A stretch of 41,819 bases of DNA, from assembly GCA_037446815.1 (NCBI GenBank), contig JBBIHX010000004.1, positions 4,189 through 46,007 of the forward strand. Direction: 5' to 3'. Every line of letters starts with the position of its first letter. Within the stretch, counting starts at the first letter, position 1. The notes under the pieces were generated by a model. It saw nothing but the letters and a program-made list of their open reading frames with translations. It did no database searches and was not told where the DNA came from. Both the position numbers and the translations under genes were made by a program. Positions 1-8,637 of the stretch are shown piece after piece. This DNA is from Caldilineae bacterium. Its GTDB lineage: Bacteria; Chloroflexota; Anaerolineae; DTLA01.

Positions 1-1669
1 GCGGATGGGCGCATCTTTGCGTTCGGCTGGGCTAGTACATCGGCGCCGGACGCCGCGGGCCTAGTGCGGGATGAGGGCAGTCGGGTGGTGATCGTACCGC
101 TGGACACGCCGACCCGCGACGTGGCGCTTTCCGATGAGTTGCCGCGTGGGTTTCGCACAGACGCGACTCGGGTGGAGGTCTCGCTCCAGTCCGGCGAGGT
201 GCACGTTGCCGTGCCGGTCGCCACGCTGGAGAAATTCTACTATGCTCGTGGGGCCGGTGGCTGGATTCTCGGCAATGACTTGCGCTTCCTCATCCGCATG
301 GCTGGGCTTGATTTGGATGAACGCGGGGTGTGCCATCTTCCAGTATGGCGCCATCCCGTCGCCGCTCACCGTGTCGCGGTCTGTGCGGCGCGTTATGCCG
401 GGTCATGTGTTGACATTGCCCGCCGATTCGGGCGATCCTCGCCTGCGCACCGTATTTCGCTTTGCAGACCTGTTAGAAGATCGGGGCGAACGCGGCGCCG
501 AGGAGTATGTGCTTGCGGCGATGGACGCGGGCATCGCCCGAACCGAGCCTCCGGTTGCGGTGCATTTTAGCGGCGGGGTGGATTCGGCGCTCATCGCAGC
601 AGGGTTGGCCGCGCTAGGCCGCCGCGATGCTCGGCTGCAGCGGTTCACGCCTGGGCCATCGGATCCGTTTCACTACCTTTCTCGGGACATGGCGGCTCAC
701 CTGGGGTTGCCGTTGGATGATGTTGACTGGGATCCTGCGCAGGTCGCGCCCATCTTGCAGACGGTAGCCCGCGAATATGGCACCCCGTTTGCCGATCCCG
801 CCGCGGTGCCGACGCTGATGCTCGTGCGCGCATTGGCCTGCTGGCCCGTGCAGCCGACCGCTGTGCTGGCGGGGACAGGCGCGCAGTCGCTGTTCGTCTC
901 GGGCATCAAGGCGGCGAAGTTTCGGATGGTGTACGGCGTGCCGCGAGCCTTGCGGCGGCTGGTCGGGAAGGCGTATCCGCATGGCCTGTGGCGGAGCACA
1001 TCCAAACTCGCGTGGTTTGTGGGCGCGGTGAATAAGTCGGCGGCCTTGCCGGCGGAATACGCGGCCGCAGGTGGCCACAGCAGCGTGGATGGATTGGCGT
1101 TCCACATGCGGCCGGCTGTGCGCGAGGAAGTAGGGGCTACAGCGCTTGCGGAGATTGAGGCGCTGGCAGGGGGAGCTGGCCTGGCGGAACGGATTTCTGT
1201 TGCGGGGATTGTGCACGTCGCTTTGTGCCATTGTGGGGAGCGGCCCTTTGACCCGCTGCGTAGGCGGGGCATCCGCACCGTCTTGCCGTACGTTCAGCCT
1301 GAGACAGTGCGTGCTGCATTCTCCCTGTCGTGGGACGAGAAGTCTCAGAACCACGAGCCGAAAGGCTTGCTCAAGGCGCTGTTGGCGCGACAAGTCCCGC
1401 GAGAGTGGGTTTATGTGCCCAAGGGCCGGTTCCTGCTGCCCTATGGCGAGGCATTTGCCCACCCCGCAACCCGCGAGTACGTGCGGGATGTGGTGCTGTC
1501 GCCCGTCAATCCGGTACTAGCGCTGTGCGACGCGAAGAATGTGAGGGCCATCTTCCGCCGTCTGGAGGCGGGCGCGCCGATGCACAGGGATGTGTTTCCG
1601 TTCGCCTGGGCTCTTACGTTCCTCACGGCGTGGCTGGAGGGGGTGCGGGAAGGGTTGCGCGGGGCCTAG
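1..1669 (+). pseudogene. Asparagine synthase-related (PP-loop) protein, 5'-truncated by the window edge, with an apparent frameshift near 328-333
   Basis: Frame 1 is open from base 1 (ADGRIFAFGW...KFYYARGAGGWILGNDLRFL...LDLDERGV). The protein continues in frame 2 (CAIFQYGAIPSPLTVSRSVRRVMPGH...FSGGVDSALIA...FADPA...LPYV...PKGLLKALL...KGRF). SGGxDS PP-loop and the other motifs match the Asn-synthase family. Could be a real frameshift or a sequencing error. Confidence 0.7.
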
Positions 1670-1995
1670 CGCGCGGGCGGGACAAATCGCAGCGCGCCTA
1701 TCCAGATGGCCACCCAGCCCGCCGCCAAGACCAGAAGGTTCAGGGTAATCCAGAGGGCGCCCCCGGCACCCGCCACCAGGTCGCGCGCCGCGTGCCGACG
1801 GAAGAAGAGCAGGTCTATGGCGTTGGCGGCGGGTTGCGAGCAGACGTACAGCCCTACGAGCACGCCGATGCTGCCATCTACCACGTCATTGCCCGTGAGG
1901 GTGCCCAGCAGCCAGAGTGCGCCCACATAGGCGAGGGCCAGTGCTCCAAATCCCACGAGCGCCGCACTACCGCGGAATGGCCGATGTTTGGTCAT
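1666..1995 (-). CDS. Small hypothetical membrane protein (109 aa, about 3 TM segments)
   Basis: ATG at 1995 preceded by GGAAAGGG; hydrophobic stretches; converges on the previous gene with a 4-nt overlap. Confidence 0.65.
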   Translation of the reverse strand: MTKHRPFRGSAALVGFGALALAYVGALWLLGTLTGNDVVDGSIGVLVGLYVCSQPAANAIDLLFFRRHAARDLVAGAGGALWITLNLLVLAAGWVAIWIGALRFVPPAR

Positions 1996-2053
1996 ACAGT
2001 CCCTTTCCGTCGCCCGCAGGAGACAACGTCTGCCTGCGGCGATGGGGCCTGGC

Positions 2054-2626
2054 CTATCCGATCCGAACCCTTCCGTTGAACAGGATGAGGAGCACGCCAA
2101 GGCCGAAGACGAGCAGGTTGGTAAGGCTCGGCGACGTTTGGCTCGCCGGCGCATTCAACCCCGGCCAGGCAGCCAGGTAGCGGACGGAAATCCGAGTGCC
2201 TTCGGCGGGGAGGGTCGCAACGTTGAGCGCTTCCTCGTTCCACGCGCCGGTGTAGGTTTTTCCGTCTGCGGTGAACTGATACGTGATTTGATACTCGTGC
2301 TCCTCCCTATCCGACACGGAGACATCCGTGATGATCGCCGTCGCCGATTCGCCGAGGATGCTCAGAATCGGGCCGCGTAGCCCAAAGAAGATGAGCAGCA
2401 GACCCGCCAGTATCGCCAAGATGCGGCCCAGGATGGGCGTTCGCTTCTTCTTGGGCGCGGACTCCATGACCGCGCAAGCCTGCGCCTGGGCGCGCGAGAC
2501 CGGCTGTGCGGGCGGCTGTGGTGGCGGCGCGACCTCAGCAACGGGCTGGCCGCACTTGCCGCAGAAGCGCGCGTTCGGACCTAGCGGGGCACCGCATTGT
2601 TCGCAATAGCGTTCCTCTGTGCTCAT
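2054..2626 (-). CDS. Zinc-ribbon domain membrane protein
   Basis: N-terminal CEQCG...FCGKCG zinc ribbon, Pro-rich linker, two TM segments flanking a small beta domain; SD GGAGAG before ATG 2626. Confidence 0.8.
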   Translation of the reverse strand: MSTEERYCEQCGAPLGPNARFCGKCGQPVAEVAPPPQPPAQPVSRAQAQACAVMESAPKKKRTPILGRILAILAGLLLIFFGLRGPILSILGESATAIITDVSVSDREEHEYQITYQFTADGKTYTGAWNEEALNVATLPAEGTRISVRYLAAWPGLNAPASQTSPSLTNLLVFGLGVLLILFNGRVRIG

Positions 2627-2724
2627 CTCTACTCTCCGTCTGCAAATGAGTTTTCTCGTCGGGGCACCCGCCTGGAGGCGCGGCCCCAAGGCATGCTGCG
2701 CTGCTGACGGCTGCGCGGCGGGGG

Positions 2725-4194
2725 CTATTGGCCGATGTAGACCAGCCGCCCCTCCACCTTCGCGTTCAGATTCTGGTTGTTGCGGAAGTACTCCTGGAGT
2801 ACATCCTGCACCGACGTGCTGACGACCTTGGGCTTCCCGTGCGCGGCGAGTTCCTCGTAGGTGATGTTCAAGTACACTGCCGAGTTGTTCACGTGGTACC
2901 CCTGAAGGACGAGGGTGTACAGCGCCTCGCCGTCCACCGGTTTGCCGCGCACCTCCAGCGATTCCAGTTGTCGCGTGGTCTCATTGTACACCGCGCGCAC
3001 CCCGCGGTTCACCTGATAGCACTCGCCCTCGCCGTCGCGGTTCTCGGGCCGCATGACGTGGGCGAAGATGCGCTTCAACTGCCCGCCGGTGATGGTGAAG
3101 CGGGTCAGGGTGTCGTCAAACGGGAAGCAGGAGATGAAACTGCCCAGAGTGAGCACCGGCCCCAGTTCCTTGAGACGTATGGAGCCGCTTCCCACCATGA
3201 CCACGTCGGCTTCGGTGTACTCGGCGAGGGCGTCGGCCACCAGATTGCCCAGCGCGGTCTCCTCCTCTCGCTTGGGATGGGTGAGCACCGTCGCCAACTT
3301 GGAGAGCACGGCGTTGTACTTGCGATCCACCTCTTCCTTGAACGAGGCGATGAAATCGTGTAGGCCCTGATCTGGCTCGGCGAGTTCGTCGGTGATAGGT
3401 ATCAACTGCCACTTGTAGTCCACAATGGCGTTGGTGTCGTCGTCAACGACGATGTCAAAGCGGCCGATTTGGTCGGTGCCGACGCCTGCTTGGGCAATGA
3501 GGACGCCGTTGACCTCCACGGGCGTGCTCAAGATGGTGTGCGAGTGGCCGCCAATGATCATGTCCACGCCCCATTCGGGCCTCAGCAGCTTCGCCAGTTC
3601 CACGTCGGAGTCAAACCCGATATGGGTGAGGAGCACGGTCAGGTCAATGTCGTCGTTCTTGTAGGCGTTGCAGATGCGGCCCACCTCGGCGCTGGCATCC
3701 TCAAGCGAGATGAGGGTGCCGATGGTGGCATCGGTCTTGAGCGCGTCAATCACTTTCTCTGTGATGATGCCGATGAACAGAATATCAAACCCCGCGACGT
3801 TCATGATGTGGTAGGGACGCATGAGGCGCTTGTTGTAGGGCTTGATGTACAGGTTCGCGTTGACGATGGGGAAGTTGGCCATGCGCTCCAGAAACAGCAG
3901 GTGGGGCAGTCCGTAGTCAAACTCGTGATTGCCCAGGGTTACCACGTCGGGGGCGAGGTAGTTCATGATTTCAATGGTGGAGATGCCCTTGTACTCCGCG
4001 TCAATGATGGAGCCTTGCACCATGTCGCCGGAGATGACATACAGGACGTTCTCTTCCTCGCGGCGGACGCGGTTGATGTACCCCGACAGGAGCGCAAGGC
4101 CGCCTATGAGATGACCGCCCTCGCCGCGCATTTCCGCGAGGAAGTCGCCGTGCATGTCATTGGAGTGAAGTATCGTGAACCGTTTGGTGTTCAT
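2725..4194 (-). CDS. Bifunctional metallophosphatase/5'-nucleotidase (UshA/CpdB superfamily), no signal peptide
   Basis: Calcineurin-like motifs HSNDMHG, SGDMVQG, LGNHEFD, THIG, GGHSH plus C-terminal 5'-nucleotidase domain (ETALGNLVADA, GSIR, PFDD); SD GAGGAGG. Confidence 0.92.
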   Translation of the reverse strand: MNTKRFTILHSNDMHGDFLAEMRGEGGHLIGGLALLSGYINRVRREEENVLYVISGDMVQGSIIDAEYKGISTIEIMNYLAPDVVTLGNHEFDYGLPHLLFLERMANFPIVNANLYIKPYNKRLMRPYHIMNVAGFDILFIGIITEKVIDALKTDATIGTLISLEDASAEVGRICNAYKNDDIDLTVLLTHIGFDSDVELAKLLRPEWGVDMIIGGHSHTILSTPVEVNGVLIAQAGVGTDQIGRFDIVVDDDTNAIVDYKWQLIPITDELAEPDQGLHDFIASFKEEVDRKYNAVLSKLATVLTHPKREEETALGNLVADALAEYTEADVVMVGSGSIRLKELGPVLTLGSFISCFPFDDTLTRFTITGGQLKRIFAHVMRPENRDGEGECYQVNRGVRAVYNETTRQLESLEVRGKPVDGEALYTLVLQGYHVNNSAVYLNITYEELAAHGKPKVVSTSVQDVLQEYFRNNQNLNAKVEGRLVYIGQ

Positions 4195-4281
4195 GTGCCT
4201 ATCCTCCTCTTGGGATGCCGCTTCCGGGATGCCCCTTATGCAGGTGGCGTCTTGACTCTGTGAGTTCCGTTCAACGGGCGT

Positions 4282-4899
4282 TTACCGCCTGCGCGCGCGA
4301 GCCTGGCGCTGTGTCCTCCGCCTTTCGGCGCGCGTGACATAATCCTGGACGTGTGCGGCGATGGCGTCAAACAGTTCGGGCGGACAGTACAGGCGCAGCA
4401 GCGACCGCCACGAATTGGACAGCGTAATGACGCGCAGTCGCCGATGCACTGTGACGCGCCGCACGTCGCGCCAACTGACCCGCTCGCCGTAGCCCGATGG
4501 CCCTGATGTGGCGCCGATGGCGACGCCGGGCCGCCCGGCCGCCAGGCCCAACGCTACCATGACCCACTTGAAGCGGCGACCTTGCCCCGCGTCTTCCATC
4601 TGCGCGCCGCGTTCGTCTATCACAAAGCGGGCATGGTAGCGGTTGCCATATACCAGCGTCGTCGTCAGGCCGAATAGCGCGGCCAGGATTCCCACCACGA
4701 GGTCCAGGACGCGCAGCGGGAGGAAGAAGGGATCGCGGGCGACGAGGCTCATGCCGAAGACGAGGAGTTCCATGATGATGAGGCTCACCGCGACGACCCG
4801 CAGGAAGTCCCACCACATGAAAGGATTTGTTGCCAGTGGTAGGGCGTACTCCCACGAGAGGGTCTGGCGTTCCCGGCCTTCGGCTTCTTCGTCGCTCAT
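4282..4899 (-). CDS. Hypothetical membrane protein
   Basis: SD GAGGTG before ATG 4899; two clear TM helices followed by a soluble domain. Confidence 0.7.
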   Translation of the reverse strand: MSDEEAEGRERQTLSWEYALPLATNPFMWWDFLRVVAVSLIIMELLVFGMSLVARDPFFLPLRVLDLVVGILAALFGLTTTLVYGNRYHARFVIDERGAQMEDAGQGRRFKWVMVALGLAAGRPGVAIGATSGPSGYGERVSWRDVRRVTVHRRLRVITLSNSWRSLLRLYCPPELFDAIAAHVQDYVTRAERRRTQRQARARRR

Positions 4900-4926
4900 G
4901 TTGACACCTCGCTGCAGGGTGGCGGC

Positions 4927-4955
4927 ACTGTAGCACACTCGGCGCGGGGCGTCAA
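4927..4955 (-). promoter_or_regulatory. Putative sigma70 promoter (TTGACG-N17-TACAGT)
   Basis: Near-consensus hexamers, 17-bp spacer, TG extension, upstream of ATG 4899. Confidence 0.5.
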
Positions 4956-5010
4956 GCGGCGCTGAGTGTTCGCGACAGGCCGGCAGGGGCGTGTGGCCTC
5001 TCTATTCCGT

Positions 5011-5081
5011 TGTCATGCTGAGCCGAAGGCGAAGCATCTCGGTCAGCGAGATTCTTCGCGGCTTCGCCGCCCAGAATGACA
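5011..5081. repeat. 71-bp REP-like palindromic element, type 1, copy A (TGTCATGCTGAGC...CAGAATGACA)
   Basis: Terminal inverted repeat TGTCAT/ATGACA; 67/71 identical to 34230-34300; related to 19782-19852. Confidence 0.9.
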
Positions 5082-5148
5082 GGAGGGGTCAACAGACTCT
5101 GGAACGGAGTCTGGGTGCTCGCGACAGGCCGATAGGGCGAGCGCCGCT

Positions 5149-5793
5149 TCACCTGCGGCGCTCGGTGGGTTGCGCGATGTACACGCCCGCCATGTCGGTG
5201 CCCAGGAATCCGGCGTCGTACATCCGCTTGTCCACGGGGCGCAGGTTGCGGATGGCCTCGTCATCCAGCAAGGCATAGTGGCGCACGCGGTCCAGCCACG
5301 CGCCGATGATTTCCAGGTCGCGGTCGGTGGTCATCCACTGGATGTCGTCAAATAGGCTCAGGTTCAGCGGGCGGGAGTAGGCCCGCAGGCTCTTTTCGCC
5401 CAGCGTGTTGAAGTACTCCTCAAAGTATGAGAGCGCCAGCTCTCGCAGATTCCGGAAGATAGGCTCGCGGTAGCGCAGGCCGACGAAGTTGGATTTGGCC
5501 ACAGCGCCCCAGCAGCCGCGCCATCGGTATACGGCGATGACGTGATCGTCGTCGTTCTCGGCGCGCAGGTCCACGACAAGGGGCGGGTGGCCGTGGAAGC
5601 GGAGAGCGGCCGCGGCGAAGATGGCGCCTTCGGTGCAATGGGCGCATCGCTCGCGCAGCACCCGCCGCGGCGAGCGGGTCTGATGATCGGTGGTGTAGGG
5701 GATGCCGTCCAGGAAGTCCTGAATCCGGGCGGGGGTGTCCAGCGAGGCCAACGTGGCCTGCTCCTCGTCGGTCCAAACCGAATGTGGCGACAT
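5149..5793 (-). CDS. Conserved hypothetical protein, probable transglutaminase/papain-like fold
   Basis: Motifs IQDFLDGIPY, SPRRVL, AHCTEGAIFAAA, DDDHVIAVY, WGAVAKSNF; Cys followed by His at transglutaminase-like spacing. Confidence 0.75.
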   Translation of the reverse strand: MSPHSVWTDEEQATLASLDTPARIQDFLDGIPYTTDHQTRSPRRVLRERCAHCTEGAIFAAAALRFHGHPPLVVDLRAENDDDHVIAVYRWRGCWGAVAKSNFVGLRYREPIFRNLRELALSYFEEYFNTLGEKSLRAYSRPLNLSLFDDIQWMTTDRDLEIIGAWLDRVRHYALLDDEAIRNLRPVDKRMYDAGFLGTDMAGVYIAQPTERRR

Positions 5794-5839
5794 ACGCGCT
5801 CCAGTGCTAGAGAGGGTAGGTGCTGATTCGCTGCCCCTG

Positions 5840-5868
5840 ATTATGTCGCTGCGTGGCGCGGATGTCAA
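5840..5868 (-). promoter_or_regulatory. Putative sigma70 promoter (TTGACA-N17-CATAAT)
   Basis: Near-consensus; 46 bp upstream of ATG 5793. Confidence 0.65.
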
Positions 5869-5908
5869 GAAAGAGGGGGCGCCGCGATACATCCTGTTGG
5901 GGACTTCG

Positions 5909-5936
5909 TTGACAGCGCGTGCAAAATGGATATGAT
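5909..5936 (+). promoter_or_regulatory. Putative divergent sigma70 promoter (TTGACA-N16-TATGAT)
   Basis: Near-consensus; upstream of ATG 6078. Confidence 0.55.
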
Positions 5937-6077
5937 AGCGCCACAGGCTCGGAGGAAGCTGCGTCGTGGATGGTAACACGAGGCGATGCGGATGCTGACA
6001 TGGCCGGGGCAAGCATTGTGCGAAAGGTACGCCGGGCGCAGGAGAAGCGCCCGTAGCCCGCTACTGAGGTGTGCAAC

Positions 6078-8246
6078 ATGCTGGAACTGTTGAAACCCGC
6101 TTCGTTTGTGCTCTTGTCATGGATGGCCCTGTTTTTCGTGTTCAGCGGCGTCGGACTGTTGGCGTTCCGTTGTGTTCGGCGCTTGGCGGAGGCCGTTGCT
6201 TTCCCAAGGCGCATGTACCTCGCGTTCTGGGCGGGTTGGGCGCTGACACTTGCGCTGCTCCAGATTTGGCACATCTTCTTCGCAGTGAACTGGGTGGCGC
6301 TGACGGTGGTCTGGCTGCTTGGGATGGCCGGGATTGGGCTGCATTGGCGCGAGGTGTGGGCGCTGCTCAAGACGGAGTGGCGCGCGCATAAGCGGGTTTG
6401 GCTTGCCGTAGCGCTGGTGGGGTTGTGGTTTGGCAATCTGGCAATGGCCGGGACGGCGAACTATGACGACGGTCTGTACCGCATCCAATCCATGCTCTGG
6501 GCCAAGTCCTACCCTATCGTGCCCGGTTTGGGCAACGTCCACGGGAAACTGGCGTTCAACAGTTCTTACTACTTGTATGCCGCCATGCTGGACAGCGGCG
6601 AGTGGGCGGGGCGGGCTTTGCACCTGGCCGGCGGGCTGCTGGCGACGGCGCTCATGGCGTATTCGGTGCGAAGTCTGGCGGCGCTTTTCCACGAGGAGAG
6701 GGAAGGACGCGCGTACCGCCTGTTCCATGCGCTTCTGCTCGCGCCCGTGATGGTGGAGGTGTCCGGCGGGAACATTGCGACGCTGTCCACCTCTCTGCCC
6801 GTGTTTGTCCTGGCGGTGCTCATGCTGGGGCAACTGCTGGGCTTTCTGATGCGCGCAGGGGACATGGAACCGGCGGAGGCGCGGCTGTGGCTGACCTGGT
6901 TCGCGCTGATGGCGTGCGCTGGCGTTGTGGTGGAGCGGAGTTTCGTCGTGTTTGGCGTTGCAACCTGGGGAGTCGCGGCAGGTGCTTGGATGGCGCGGCG
7001 GCGCGGGCGGATGTGGCGGGAGGTTGCTTCGGCGCTGGCGTGGGCGTGCGTGCCGCTTGCGCTTGTGGTTGTGCCGTGGATGGGACGGGGCGTCATCCTC
7101 AGTGGGTATCCCGTGTACCCCAACACCTTTTGCGCGGTGAACGTTCCCTGGCGCATCCCGCGCGCGCTGGTCTTGAGCGAGGCAAACTGGCTGCGATCAG
7201 AGGCGCGCACGCCACAGGTATTCTGGGCCGATGTCCTGACCAGCATGGCATGGATACGCCAGTGGGCGGATAGTCTGCCGGCGGATGTTCCGCGCGCAGT
7301 CGGCGTCGCTCTGGTTGCCGGGTTGGCGGGGCTGCTCGGACTTGGGGCGGAAGGCAGGGCGAGCCGCAAACGCAAGGGGTTGATTCTCTTGCCGCCCGTC
7401 GCATCACTCTTCGTATGGTTCCTCACGGTGCCCAACCCGCGTCAGGCTATGGGCGCACTCTGGGGCCTTGCTGCGGGTGCGCTAACGCTGGCCACGGTGA
7501 GGCTGATGGGCGAACCCGACGCGGGGAGAACGCGGCAGTCCGCGTCTCTGCTGGCGGTTGCGGTGGCGTTTTTCCTGTTCCTGTCGCCCGTGCGGCCACC
7601 ATATCTTGTAGCCCCTGGGGCCGATGCAGGTTTCCATGCACTAGGCAAGACGGCCTACGAGGGCCGCGTAACCAACGCCGGCTTCGTGGTGTACGTTCCT
7701 AAGGAGGGCGACCGCTGCGGTACTGCGCCGCTGCCCTGCGCCCCCGTGTTCCGCCCCAATCTGGGGTCTGTTGTTGTGGCGGGGCGGTATGGGTTCATGC
7801 TGGATGATTCCATTCGCTACCTGGACATCCACGGCGCTGTTGCTTCTCAGGATGAGTCTGGCTTGGACCTGTTCTACCAGGACGGCTGGCACGTGCCAGA
7901 TCCGGGGACAGGCGTGCGCTGGATGAAGGACAAGGCGAGTATCCTGATCTACACGGAAAAGGCGCGGACGGCCCTCGTCTCCCTCACGCCTGTGAAAATG
8001 CACGTGAAAGGCTCGTTCGGCGATGTCGGCAGACTGCGGATTCTGTTGAACGGGCGCGAGATTGGCACGTACACGGTGCGCCGAAACACGCTGACGGAGG
8101 TCGCGCTGCCGCTGGCGCGGGATTTCAACGTCCTCACGTTCCGGTATCTTGGAGGGACTTTCGTGCCGAAGGACTCGGTGCCGGGGAGCCAGGACGCGCG
8201 CACGCTGGGGATTGGGTTCTATCCGATTCAGTTTCGGGTAGAGTAG
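6078..8246 (+). CDS. Large polytopic membrane protein (GT-C-like / LIC_10190-like) with C-terminal extracytoplasmic beta domain
   Basis: SD GAGGTG; more than 10 TM segments; loop motif NYDDGLY...W...YPIVPGLGNVHGKLAFNSS and SGYPVYP; C-terminal GW...RWM...DARTLG domain. Confidence 0.7.
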   Translation: MLELLKPASFVLLSWMALFFVFSGVGLLAFRCVRRLAEAVAFPRRMYLAFWAGWALTLALLQIWHIFFAVNWVALTVVWLLGMAGIGLHWREVWALLKTEWRAHKRVWLAVALVGLWFGNLAMAGTANYDDGLYRIQSMLWAKSYPIVPGLGNVHGKLAFNSSYYLYAAMLDSGEWAGRALHLAGGLLATALMAYSVRSLAALFHEEREGRAYRLFHALLLAPVMVEVSGGNIATLSTSLPVFVLAVLMLGQLLGFLMRAGDMEPAEARLWLTWFALMACAGVVVERSFVVFGVATWGVAAGAWMARRRGRMWREVASALAWACVPLALVVVPWMGRGVILSGYPVYPNTFCAVNVPWRIPRALVLSEANWLRSEARTPQVFWADVLTSMAWIRQWADSLPADVPRAVGVALVAGLAGLLGLGAEGRASRKRKGLILLPPVASLFVWFLTVPNPRQAMGALWGLAAGALTLATVRLMGEPDAGRTRQSASLLAVAVAFFLFLSPVRPPYLVAPGADAGFHALGKTAYEGRVTNAGFVVYVPKEGDRCGTAPLPCAPVFRPNLGSVVVAGRYGFMLDDSIRYLDIHGAVASQDESGLDLFYQDGWHVPDPGTGVRWMKDKASILIYTEKARTALVSLTPVKMHVKGSFGDVGRLRILLNGREIGTYTVRRNTLTEVALPLARDFNVLTFRYLGGTFVPKDSVPGSQDARTLGIGFYPIQFRVE

Positions 8247-8270
8247 CGGGCTTAAGGGTTGTAGGCAGCG

Positions 8271-8630
8271 ATGTCCAAGAAGCATGAGATGACCGAGCAA
8301 GAGTGGGAAGCCTACCGGAAGGCTCATCCTTACGATGACATATTGGAAGCGGAGCAGAGCAAGATAGCCCGTGATAAAATCTCCTATGCCAGGCGCCAGA
8401 GCCGCGCGAAAGCACGCGCCACCCAGCGCCTTCGCGATCTTGCTGCGAGCACTGTCCCAGCATCTCAGGAAGATGACCTGGACGACGCAGATGATCCGTT
8501 CGTGGCCGAACGCGCCCGCCGCAACGTCCGAACGCGCAAGCGGCGACTGCAATCGCTAGCCCGGCGCGAAGACGATGGCGGCGGGGCGTCCGCCGAGCAC
8601 CCCGACGGTTTGCTCGCGGGTAACGAGTAG
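8271..8630 (+). CDS. Small highly charged hypothetical protein (119 aa)
   Basis: Fills the gap between convergent genes; hydrophilic and helical; weak SD. Confidence 0.55.
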   Translation: MSKKHEMTEQEWEAYRKAHPYDDILEAEQSKIARDKISYARRQSRAKARATQRLRDLAASTVPASQEDDLDDADDPFVAERARRNVRTRKRRLQSLARREDDGGGASAEHPDGLLAGNE

Positions 8631-8637
8631 GCTGCCG

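Noticed and set aside
1-1669. LarE sulfur insertase for the LarA-like enzyme
   Set aside because: Shares only the SGGxDS PP-loop; length and other motifs fit Asn-synthase-like proteins, and it is about 38 kb away.
1-5793. Lasso-peptide cluster (Asn-synthase-like cyclase plus transglutaminase-like peptidase)
   Set aside because: The genes are 3.5 kb apart on opposite strands with unrelated genes between; no PqqD/RRE gene or precursor is visible. Sequence upstream of base 1 cannot be seen.
5940-6070. Riboswitch (c-di-GMP-I-like) in the leader of the large membrane protein gene
   Set aside because: Only loose GGCAA...GAAA resemblance; the conserved stems and GACGCAAAGC-like segment are missing. 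An Rfam scan would settle it.
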